DNA from: Paragordius varius
Taxonomy: Eukaryota > Animalia > Nematomorpha
DNA length: 64,000 nt
Direction: 5' to 3'
Assembly (NCBI GenBank): GCA_964247055.1
Contig: OZ176054.1
Location: 12,090,001-12,154,000, forward strand
Shown here: in pieces, positions 23,906 through 35,896 of the stretch
Numbering within the stretch: position 1 is the first letter of the stretch
How the letters are laid out: each line of letters opens with the position of its first letter
Position numbers and translations under genes: made by a program
Notes under the pieces: generated by a model
Told to the model about the DNA's origin: nothing
Seen by the model: only the letters and a program-made list of their open reading frames with translations
The model's database searches: none

Positions 23906-25820
23906 TAGATAATATATTTAACAAAATAACAACTTCTTTGTGTTCACCCTTTTATTAAACTATATTTTAATTTGTGAGTGGATCCGAGTTAATATAAGAC
24001 CCTAGGTATGTTTTTTATTATATAATATACCTTTTATAGAATATAATGTTCACAATTACTTTCTATTACTTTTTACCATATTTTTTTAGCTATTTTTACA
24101 GCCTTCTAATTTTTAGGGTCCCAATATGGATTAGCTTCAAAACAGGACTGAAAATCGAAAATTTTTTTGCTGAATTATAATTTGAAGCATAAATTATAAC
24201 TTTTTTGTAAGCACAACTATTCACCGGGTGTATTATAAGAATCGAAAGAAAATGGCGGCAAAAAAGTTTGATATGAGGATATTTTGCAATTTTACATTTG
24301 TAAAATGTTGCATCATGCCCCTAATAAGAATGCATATGTTAAAATTTGGCCGCATCTACATACTCTTTAAATTGCGCGATATCGGCATTTTTCCGTTTAT
24401 TTTAGAAACAGCCTATTTTGAAGGTGGGCCAAAGTTAAAATTTTTAAGTTTATATATCTAAAAATAATTAATTGTATTGCTTTTTAAACATGGTATATCT
24501 TATATTTTATTGATATAATAAATCATTTTGCTTTTAAAAGTCGTAAAATTTTCTTATATGACTTGTAAGGCCCAATCTCAAACACCATGATAATCTTTAT
24601 AATTTTTCTATCAGAATATATATGATTTATCAGGATATTTTTTTATATTCCCCATTGCGCAAGTCTATAGTGCTAACCGCAAGCTATTGTGTGGCACCCC
24701 TTTTATTTAGTCCTAATTAAATTCTTTTTGTGGATGCGGCTAAACACATCAGTATACTATATTTGCATATGAAATGTTATTTGGCATACAAATCTCCTCT
24801 TACCAAAAAAGAATCTCTAGGTTTTCCAAAAAAATAAATTAAAGTTAATTGGCCTTATTGATTGCGAAGTAAATAAAATATAAATTAGCCATATTTCTAC
24901 ATTTTTGGATTAAACACACAATTTAAAAATTCGTATTTTCATTATTTTAGGGTGGAGCTTTTTCAGTTAATTAAAACAGATGGATCGATCATGGATCGGC
25001 GAATTCACAAATAAAAAATATTTATTTTGTGTTTCTACCTGCGGAAAATTTCTGAATGATCATGCCATTTCTAAAAAGTCTTATTTCTACCGGGCGAATC
25101 CACACTCATCGGTTATTAAAAAAAATCAGCACTGTTTTAAATAAAATATCCATGATTTAATTTGATAGGAAGATATTTAAGAAATAGTTTAAGCGTTTTG
25201 GCCATAGCGAAATTACGATATATAAATTACAGCGAAACGCAACATATTGCAAGTGTGATCAGCTTTTAGCATGTACACGTTCGATGTCCATATTAGAAAA
25301 AATGTAATGTATAGAGAGTATAAGTTAAAAGGTTAAAACACCAAAGAAAAGCGGTTAGAGAATTTTTTGGACCTAACCAGACTAAGGTAGTTGTTTACAT
25401 GATAATAACTGTAAAATAATATAAAAATATACAATTTTATTTATTTCTTCTATGTTGGTAATAAGGTTAATATATAATATAAATAAATTACTTTTTGCAT
25501 AGGAATTAAATATTAAAAAATATAAATATTGATCTTGTGTTAATTGAATAATAATATACATATATATAGATATGAGATTATTGTGTGGGTTAGTGTTACA
25601 AGTAACCTTTATTAGGTTTGACTAGTATATCTCTATATAAGAATATTGGACATGGATTATATTTTGTCACATCTTCAAAAAAATATTAATTGATTTAAAT
25701 CGATTGGATCTCAAAAGGAATAAATTATGGAAATTTTGCATGCCATTTAATGAGATAATATATTTGGAAGTCGCATTATGATAGCGGCTTAAATAGTAGT
25801 TTGAATATCAGGATATCACA

Positions 25821-27789
25821 TCACCAGAAAAAAGCTTTGGGGTTTCTAACACACAATCTTTCGCACAACTCTTTTGTGGCAAAAATGTTGTAAGAGCGAT
25901 TATTCCCAGAATGTGTAACTTTACACGTCTGACTTAAACGGTCATAATAATATTTAGCGCTTTCATATGTGTATTGCGTTCCAATCCCTGGTTCATCCAA
26001 ACAATCCTCTAGTTAACAAAAAAATGGTAAAATTTATTAAAAGTATCTGTATATACGAATTAAAAGGGTTGAGTTATTGACCAACCAAAAGTAATCGGTA
26101 AGACTAATTATTATCTCAATTGTATTAAGTAAGAAACGTGTAAAAAATTGTCTGGTTATATTATAAGCGCTTACAGTGACGGTTTTGAATGCTTCCATAA
26201 TTAAAATTATAAATAAACAAATGTAATTTATAGACAAATATTTTTTTTGAAAAAGGCATACACTCTTTTTTAAATCATCTATCTTTCCAATAGTTTTTAA
26301 TTATAGAGATATAAATTGGTGACACACTCAATTATATAGTCAATTACATAACAAACTGTAATTATATAGTTTATGTATAGGAAAAAAAGTTTAAAAAAGT
26401 ATGGTTGTCTTTTATAAATGAATTTGTCTTTTGGTTTCGGTTTCGTATAATTTCATATTTAACTGTATAATCGACCACACCAAACTCAAGTAGTCCATGT
26501 TTTCAGAAAATAAAAAAATATTTAAACCATGGATTAAAATATATTAAAATCTTACCAGATATGGGTTGATGTTTAGCTTTATCAGTTTTGAAGAAATTCC
26601 TTTCAAATTGGGAAACAATGTCTGCATCCCAGCGATTAACTTTAAAGTTATCACTATATTTATTCTGTATGTGGTGATTGGGGTCTAAAGATGACTGTAA
26701 AAATTTCGTCGTTGAATGTCCCATATTTAGATTAGGCTCATAATCCTCGCCATCTAAATAATAATTTAGTTCATCTTCATTAGAAGCGACATAATCGTCG
26801 CTGTATAGGTCGTCTACCGTAGTAAAAGTATCATTATTTTTATTTGAAAACGTATTATTAGTATTTTTGATCATCATCATATTATCATTATAATCATGTC
26901 GCAATAATTTGTCAAATGAATATTCAGGCAAATGATAATCCACAATAACATTATTTTTATTATTGCTGTGGTAGTCTTTGTCTACGGCCGGCGCTTTTTT
27001 CTCAAGTGAACTTATGAAATCGGCATCAGATAAAAATAAAATGGTTTCTTCTCCTTCATTTCTCTTTGGTAATAACTCTGATGATAAATTATTTTTCAAG
27101 GTATGATGGCCATTTGTGCCTTGATCATGTGGTGGTAAATTGAGAAAAGATTGATTTCTCAGGAGTTCATCAACGTATGAGTCATCAAAATCCAAATACA
27201 CGGTAAAGTTTTTTCCATTCACCTCTTGCATAACCTTTTGGGAATCATTTGTATAAGCAAAATAAAACTTCCTATCAATAGCCGGAAAATTTCGCGTTAT
27301 ATTTTCAGAATTATGAGTAAATAACTTTGGGATTGTTTCATTAGCTAAGTTTTCACTTTCTTTGAAGTTTTCCAAGTCTAAAATATCGGTTAGTTCGTCA
27401 AAGTTATTTGATTTTAAAAATGTTTCCAATTTTCGCTTTCCTTCACCTACATCTTGGTTTATTGATTGTGGTTTTATATCCTGGTTCACATTGGCGCCAA
27501 AAATATAGAATAATGGATGATCACTTAAATTTTTTGTATTCCCGAAATAATGGTGACGATTATCTAATGAGAATGAAAGTAAAATTATCTAAACTTTTGT
27601 AAAATATAGTTACAATAAAATATAAGGAAAAGAGAAATATTAACCTTGGGTATGCCGCGGGAGTGGATTACTTGAAGAATTACTTGTATCAACCAAAGCT
27701 GAAAGCGGCAGGATTCGGAAACAATTCACATTAATTTGCCAATACTCAAGGATGGTCAGGTAAGACAGGATTAGGAATATTAATAACAT
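25821..27789 (-). CDS. Secreted Asn/Asp-rich protein with a C-terminal atypical (4-Cys) Kunitz/BPTI-like domain (~446 aa)
   Basis: Exons 27789-27645, 27563-26556 and 26008-25821 (GT-AG, both introns phase 1, 1341 nt). N-terminal hydrophobic signal MLLIFLILSYLTILEYWQINVNC. Long low-complexity acidic linker with many N-x-S/T sequons. The last exon reads DCLDEPGIGTQYTYESAKYYYDRLSQTCKVTHSGNNRSYNIFATKELCERLCVRNPKAFFW*, matching the Kunitz pattern C..YYYD....C......N.F.T...C...C. Confidence 0.75.
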
Positions 27790-30032
27790 TTTTAATAATT
27801 TTTATAAAATAAATTGGCTTGAAAAATTGAGAGAGCTAAGATAAAATAATAATTTGTATTGAACAAACAGATTTAAGAGCGAAAAATTGTAAAACTCCAA
27901 ATTCAAACTACCTCTCTTTTTATATAGGTTCGTCTATATGCGTATGTTTGCGCGAGGTAATTTTATTATTCGTATATTTTTGCATTTTTTTGTCTCTTAT
28001 TACATATTATTATTATATTTATAATGTAAGACATTGTTTTTCCATTTTTTACAGGTAAAAAAAACTAAATTTATACAAAATTACTCATTATTAAATATAT
28101 GTATGCTTGGATGTCCTGTTGCCAATATTATACATGAAATATTTTACAATTTTTTCTTCCAAGTATAAACCAGTATTGTTAGAGGAATTATATCTGTATT
28201 ATTAATAAATTAAAATATGATAGTATATATCTACGAGATAGATATCAACCTACAGATTTTTAATAAAAAAATACATAAATCAATCAATTTTACCATATTA
28301 AAATTAAATATATTTTTACTGGCCCAGGTAAAAAACCTCTGTAATATAAACTTAGTCTTCACTGTTGGACATTTTTTTGCATGCTATTATGATTTTAAGA
28401 ACATACGTAAATCCGTTATATATATATATATATATATATACCATAAATCAAACTATTATAAAATTTAACCAATTTTTTAGATTTTTACATTGCAACAAAA
28501 GATATGAAAAAAAGTAAATTTTGTTGTTTAAGCGTTTATCATCATACATTTTTAAATTCCTAGAATTGAAACTTTAATGAGGAGAGTGTCATACATTTTG
28601 AATAAATTACCATATAATTAAAGTATATAATTTGTATCAAAATATGTGTGCATTTGTGTGTTTATATAATAATAACAATTTAATTTTTAATTTTGAAAAC
28701 ATATAATTTGAATTTATAATTCGGAAAAAATCTTTTAAAAATTGTCTCTCCTATACAATAAAAGTTAATGTGAAAGGCAAAACTCCCAAAATTGATTTTA
28801 ATCTTACAATAAAACTCTTCGTGACAAATATTTTTTTAGTGATATATTCACTTTACTAAATTCAAAAAAAGTTAATATAACACAAGGTGACAAATAATTA
28901 TCTAATGAAATATTTATGTCTGACATTGTTTAATAATGATGTCCTTTTTGCATATTGTTTAATTTTAATTTTCGCAGAAATATTTATCAACTAAAATTAT
29001 TATATATTATCTCTTTAGATATATATATATGTAGAATTTGTTTTACATTTTTGTCATAATTTAAATGTCTCACATTCTTATCTTTAACGTTATCTTTCTT
29101 TCTTTTTTTAGACTGGCTTATAAATCTTATAAAAAAAATGTCCTGCTTATTTGTTCCGCATGACTCCACAATCGCTATTCAGACAAAATTTTTTAGATTT
29201 TTTTAGATAATAAATTTCCATTTAAATTTTTTGTCGTATATATATATATATATTACTGAAAATTTAAATTCCGGTTGCATAGTAAAATTAAAATTGAAAT
29301 AATTTTTTCTATTTAATTTGCGTCATAGCAATGAAAGCGCGCACATATAATTATTATAATAGCTGACGTAATTTATACAAATCTATTTTTTAATAATTAA
29401 AGTATTATGACACAATATTTACGCTAAAGTACATGAACGAGAGCTATTATTTGCCATGGGGTATTTTAATTGGTTAAAAGAGAATACAAATTGGATGTCT
29501 TGTTGGTATCTATTGGATTTTTAATCTTAATTAGTTTAATTAAAATTATTGATATCGAGAATCACTCCATCTTCACAATTTTTATTAAATAGGTAACTAA
29601 TAAAAAGGAAAAATCTAATACATGGCGACAGACGTAGGATTGAAATCTTTTAGCCAATTAAAACCCAAAAAAAGCTAATAACTCTGGTTTATTTTTAAAC
29701 CCATAGAAGAATAAATTAAGTAAAAAATAAATATTCATGTTTTTTTTAAGGGCTCCTTAGGTTTAGAGATATTTGTCGCCATCACTTATTAAGGTTATTG
29801 GTTAAAATATATGTATAATTATTTATGCAAAATGTTGACATTAATTCGCAACCCAATTATCAAAACAAACTAGTCACAACATATTATAATTGTAAATGTT
29901 ATGAAAATTTAAATATATTTCTCGGAAAATGCTTGATAAATTTTTTCCTAAGATCAAATAATAATTATATTAGGTCTAAATTCTTTACATTCATTTATAA
30001 AACATGTTTTTAAAAATTCAAATTTTGTTTTG

Positions 30033-31725
30033 ATGCATATATTATTTTTTCTTGTATTTCATCATTTACTCATAAACACTTTACAAAATCTTGATTTTGA
30101 ATACCATGATGATCAACGGCTTCAGTTGTTTTTACAACAAATAAATTATGCATATCCCCGAAATACATTTTTGTATAATGTTGGGCATTCTGTTGAGGGT
30201 ACAAATCCTTACATTATTATAATAATTTCATTTATCTAAAATTTGTTATATATAGGTCGGAATTTAACCGTTCTAGCAGTTTCAAATATTGACCTAAGAA
30301 ACGAATACAAATTTGATAATTTTCGAAATGTTAAATTAATTGCTAATATTCATGGGGATGAAGTACCATATATTTTTTTATATTTGTCTCCAATTTTTTT
30401 TAATCATAACAAATATTTTAGGCAGTAGGCCGTGAACTTTTGTTACATTTCATTGACTATGTATTTCATCCGCCCTATGTTTGGGATCGTAATTATCAAA
30501 CTTTACAGCACGTTTTAAACGATACAATTATCCACATTTTACCTTCGATGAATCCCGATGGCTTTGAAAGATCATACGTTTTACCGCTTCATAATTGGAG
30601 GTTTCATATAAAATTTTAAATGAAACTATATTTAATTAACCGTTTATTTTACTTTTAACAAAATTTTTTCCAATGTAAATTAGAAAGACCTAAGATACGT
30701 GATTTATGATGCTTTTGTCTGTCAGACATTTTTTCTATTTTTTCAATTTAATTAGGTGTGTGCATATATATATATATATATATAATTTTTATCGGTATTT
30801 TTTATATTGTCTGAACCATTAGCTAACAGTTTCTCATACATTCTTATTTTACATTGTTACATCACGAAAAGTTAGAAAATTACTGTATTAAACATTTTGT
30901 TTTTTAAATATAAGAATTTTATTGTCAACCATATATATTCCCAAGTAGATCTCATCCATATCTTGGGTTTGTTTGACCACCCAGCATTTTTTTTCCAACA
31001 TTATTTAATGTAAAATTGTAACATCTTTATTACAAATTTTTACCGCCAAAGAATATAATTTTTTTGTTGAAAATAACACATAGGTGCATAATTTATTTTT
31101 AAACTCAATCTTTAAAACTTAATTTTTTAGAATGGTTATCAGGACACATAAAACCCTGAAATTTTGATAAATAGGGTTCCTTAATACCCATTAATCATCG
31201 GTTGTTGGCATTTTCAGTTTGAATGGTTAATATTTTAAATCATAAATTTACTATCTTAATAGATTGATACAATTTACAGTGTAGATTTATGCTGTACACT
31301 TTATAATTAATCGTAGTGTATAAAAAAACAAAAATAAAATGTTGAAATTAAACATTTTTTTCCTATGTTACATTATTACTTTGTATATTTATTTATGGAC
31401 AAAATCTGTTTTATAATACACGCTTAACAATAAATGTGAATATCAATAATATTTATTTAAGAATTAAGATTATATTATCTTATATTAACTTATGAATATA
31501 ATAATAAATGCACTTTAGAGGCAATTCAAAACGCATAGATTTAAATCGAAATTTCCATGATTACATTGAGGGCGTAACACCTACGGAGGCGGCTCAACCC
31601 GAAACGCTGGCGATCGTTCGTTGGCTCGAGGAGATAAATTTCGTTTTTTCTGTTTCGTTCCATGGCGGTGCCGTGGTCGTTAGTTATCCCTTTGACAATA
31701 AATTCCCAAGTAAGAAAATTTATTG

Positions 31726-31762
<37 letters not shown>

Positions 31763-34700
31763 CTTTAATTTGTGGGAAGTTGTCGAATTAAGATTGATAA
31801 AAATCTTTCAAGGATATAGTCTAAGGGTTTTGTTTATTAATTACTGTGTGACGAACAAATACTTGATACTTAAAAGCTTTTTACCTTCATTTTAGAAGGT
31901 TTCATCTAATAATTTTATTCCAAAGATCCTTGTCTAGACATTTGCTAATGTCGAGGTTTAATATTTTTATGTCATTATGGTGTCGTTCCAGGAATGTCCT
32001 TTGCTTCTACTTTCAATGTGACCCAAGTATTTGAGCCTGCTTCTTTACATAAACTTTTTTATTGTGTCATTTCACTGTTTAAGAAGAGGGATATTGTTGT
32101 AAAAACAAGAAGCTTTAAGTATTTGGTTTTCCGTATTCATCATTTTGTCAAGATTTGTTTTGTTAAGGAGAGCCATGTTTCGGTGGCACAAATAAGAGCT
32201 GGCCTGACTCCTGCTTTGTATATTATAGCTGCTATTTTGTAGGGTGAATTAATTGAATTTTTTAGCTTTATTTACAGCACATCATCCTATGATTTGTTAG
32301 TTGAGACGGATATATAATAATAGTTTAGCTTATATGCTAATCTATCTTTTTCTTAAAAATCCAGTGCAATATTTTGAAAAACTAATAATTTTTGCTTTAA
32401 AAAATAATTTTAATAATAAACCAATGCAGGAAAGAAAAGAAGTGTTTATGGCTGTGGCAGATATAGAATCCTATAAATTATCATAAGTGATTATCAAATA
32501 TTTTGACATGTGTTTTACAGAAAAATTGGCGGAAAGTCCAATTTTTGAAAAAGCCTCTTTTGTATAGTTTGATTGAGTCGGTTTTTGATAACTGTGGTAG
32601 GTTTTCGAATACAATTTCTAACTCTGTTATCTTTTCTTCGTGGATATAATTGGGGGTCAGGCAAGTTAAAGCCATAATATAATAATATAATATACATTGT
32701 TTTAAACCAGGGATGTCCAACATGCTTTATTTCGGTACGGAAAAGTCTTCTTAAAATGTTAAATTGGATTTCAACGATTTTTAGAAGATATATCATCCAA
32801 AAGCGGGCTCAAAATAAATGAAAAAAAGCCAACAATTATCAGCAATTTGAATATTTAAATCATCACAAATGGAGTTAGAGAAAAATTTAATACCGTTTTT
32901 TCGATATCTAACTGTTGTTTTTTCGGGTTTTTTCGTGATAATCTATTATAATGTTTTATGACTTTTTTATTTTCCATGATTTTTTTAAAAGAGAAAAATA
33001 AAAATCTCTGGCACGCCAATTCATCCAGATTGTTAAAAAGATTCTATGGGAGTGTTAATTCTGATAAGAAAATGCTACAGGAGCTTCAATAATAGACATC
33101 AATATAATATCAAGTCATATCGCATCCATCAAGATTATAAATCCAACTCTAACTTATCATTTACCTCACCTGTAGACTTTTTTTTAACAAACTTGATAAA
33201 TTGACGCCCCATTGATAAAATAAAAATAATGGTAGACAATCAAAAAAAAACGCAGATGACAACAATTAGACTTTGAAGAAACGATATTCCTCCTTTCTGA
33301 TAAGCCCATTTGTGATGTCATAAATGTTAATTTAAACTACACTTTGATTCGCGATTTAATCTCCAAAAAACGATAGAAAGGGAAATATATATTCTAATTC
33401 TACATCAGTCCTAAGCCCGTATGGCATTAGAATTCATATACTGTTGCTAAAAATCTAACCTCTATTAACTAATTTTCAATAAATGAGTAAGATAAATAAA
33501 ATTCAAGATTTGTTTTACAATAAACTAATATCTAATGTACAAGTTTTATAAAAACATTTTAATAAATTTTTATTATTCAATATAGATTCACCCGTGGATG
33601 AAAATGAGACCCCGGACTCAGATGTGTTCCAATTTTTATCCCTATCTTATGCAAATCATGTCAAAAATCCCTTAATTCAAGGCCATTGCCATGATAGAGT
33701 TGAACCGATTGGATATGTCGGTATAAATAAACCAATTAATTTATTTAGTAATACCACCTAAAAAATATGTATAATTCACTTTTTACCTGTTTATTACGAT
33801 ATATTATATATTAACACTAAAAACAATTTTATTAATTATTACTTTTGTTTTTTTAGTAGTTACAAATTATATATCCAATTGTAGTCCTATTTACAAGTTA
33901 TATCTTTGTAATCAGGTAGATGGGTTAATATCTTTTTATTGGTAAAAAAACTCTGTTAAGCGATTCTATGAAAATAATTTTTAACTTTTTTTTAAAACCA
34001 AAGTAAGTATAATATTGTCAACGAGAACGAATATTTTATATTAAAATAATAATTTGTATTCTCGTAAAATTTATTAAATTCAAACTATATCCAAAATTTT
34101 CGATACATGAGAGTATCTAATATATTTTTCAAATTTTGTTTTAATTAATTTTATTATTATTTTCTTTTGTTTTAGTTAGTCCATTGAAAAAGATACTCTC
34201 ATGTATCGAAAATTTTGGATATAGTTTTAATTTGATAAATTTTACTAAGTAAATATAATTTTCACACCACGTTAGAAAACAATGAAGTCATTACGGAGTT
34301 CTTTGAGAATGGGATAACAAATGGGGCCAAATGGTATCCGTTGCGAGGTGGTATGCAAGATTACAATTATTTCCATGGCGTTTTTGAATTAACCATTGAA
34401 TTATCTTGTCCGAAATTTCCTCCGCCCAAATACTTGTACGCATATTGGAGGGCGCATAGAGACGCACTCATTAATCTTTTGAATGATGCGAGGAAAGGTA
34501 AAAATTTAGATGAATCCTTTTGAATATTAACACAGTAAAAATTAAAATTATACGGACAAAATGTGAAAAGATATAGACAAATATTTTTATCTAACAGACA
34601 ACCATACGTTTTAAAACTTGATTTTTTTTAAATATAACTTGTTTCAAAGTTCAAAATTGGTAACTCAATCAATTATATATTTTACGATTATAATTAAATG

Positions 34701-35457
34701 TATTTTATAGGATAATTTAAGGTTTAAAAAGTATGGGTTGTTTTTTGAAATTTTTTTTTTATATTTCACATTTTGTCCGTATAATCAATTTTTAATGTAT
34801 TAAAAGCTGTTCAGATTTGAGATGAAATCTTTTTATATTTCATATAATGTATTTTTGCTTTTATATAGCTTTTGTTCGATCTGAAATTAAGAATGATAAG
34901 CAAACTTTGAATTATACTGATATATAAACTGTTAATTTTTTACATAATGAAAAAACAGGCATCAATGGACGAATAATAAATAGCCATTATCAGCCAATCT
35001 ATAATGCCAGCGTTTACATAGATGCACGGATGCCAGTTTTTACCAATAAACAAGGATATTTTTGGCGTGTTTTACTTCCCGGTAGTTATCAAATTAAGGT
35101 AAGCTTAATATATTGCTAATTTTTTTTATATTTAATACTCTGAGAAGCCTATACGGTTTTTATGAATAAAAAAGTCATTTTATACTTGTTATTATATATA
35201 TAATTCTTTTATTGAAGCCCAATATATGGAAATAATAAATAGTAAAAATAGTTATATAATTAATATAACCAAGCAAAAGATTTTTACAAATAATTAAGTT
35301 AAAAAATGGTCTATATTTTGACCAAATATAGCATAGATTTATATAAATTTTTTTTGACTACTTATAGATTGTTGTATCCGGCTATAGTTTTTATGGATCA
35401 GCAATAGTACCACATCAAGGAATCCTTAATGCAATTTACACCATTGAATTTAATTAA
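30033..35457 (+). CDS. Metallocarboxypeptidase, M14B / N-E subfamily (CPM/CPD/CPE-like), single catalytic domain plus transthyretin-like domain (~409 aa)
   Basis: Exons 30033-30198, 30256-30362, 30422-30600, 31519-31709, 33586-33720, 34276-34497, 34959-35098 and 35368-35457 (1230 nt, phases consistent). Signal peptide. Zinc motifs HGDE and FHGG, plus MNPDG, DLNRNF, YPFD (specificity Asp), GITNGAKWY, GGMQDYNY, catalytic ELSC and C-terminal GYFWRVLLPGSY. Confidence 0.92.
31930..32262 (-). pseudogene. Degenerate 3' fragment of an RTE-like LINE in carboxypeptidase intron 4
   Basis: The minus strand gives IYKAGVRPALICATETW and, after a frameshift, RLKYLGHIESR, both typical of RTE/LINE C-termini. 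Confidence 0.55.
34082..34227. repeat. Perfect 37-bp inverted repeat with a 72-nt loop in carboxypeptidase intron 5
   Basis: 34082-34118 (AAACTATATCCAAAATTTTCGATACATGAGAGTATCT) is the exact reverse complement of 34191-34227. Confidence 0.9.
34531..34798. mobile_element. MITE with long TIRs, member of a dispersed family
   Basis: The left arm AAATTATACGGACAAAATGTGAAA..AGACAACCATAC is mirrored by the right arm GTATGGGTTG..TTTCACATTTTGTCCGTATAAT. Related arms lie at ~180-225, ~20585-20622, ~26390-26465, ~36680-36765, ~43975-44035 and ~50755-50825. Confidence 0.6.
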
Positions 35458-35896
35458 ATTGGTATAACTTATTTGCTCAAGCCCCTCTCAATCAAACCAA
35501 TGCAACTTTACAATCTCTATTTATTATTTATTCAATTATATGGAAATCTCAATTTTTTTTATAGAATTACAAAATTAACTTTTTATATGTAATTATCATA
35601 ACTTATAATTTTTATATCCATTTTATTTATTTATTATGTATGATATTTAAAGATTGCCATAGATATATTTATTTTGCAATAAATTTAGAATAAAATATTT
35701 GTTTAAAATTTATTAATCATTACCAACTAATAATATATCACATTCACATATACTGCGAGTTGATTAATGTTTGATTTAACAATTAGGTGTTTATTATATA
35801 TATATTTATATAAAATTTAAAAACCATCCAATATTAATGTTGGCAGAATCCCTTTCAATTAGTGTTTTATATAATTATATATATCATTTTAAAAAA

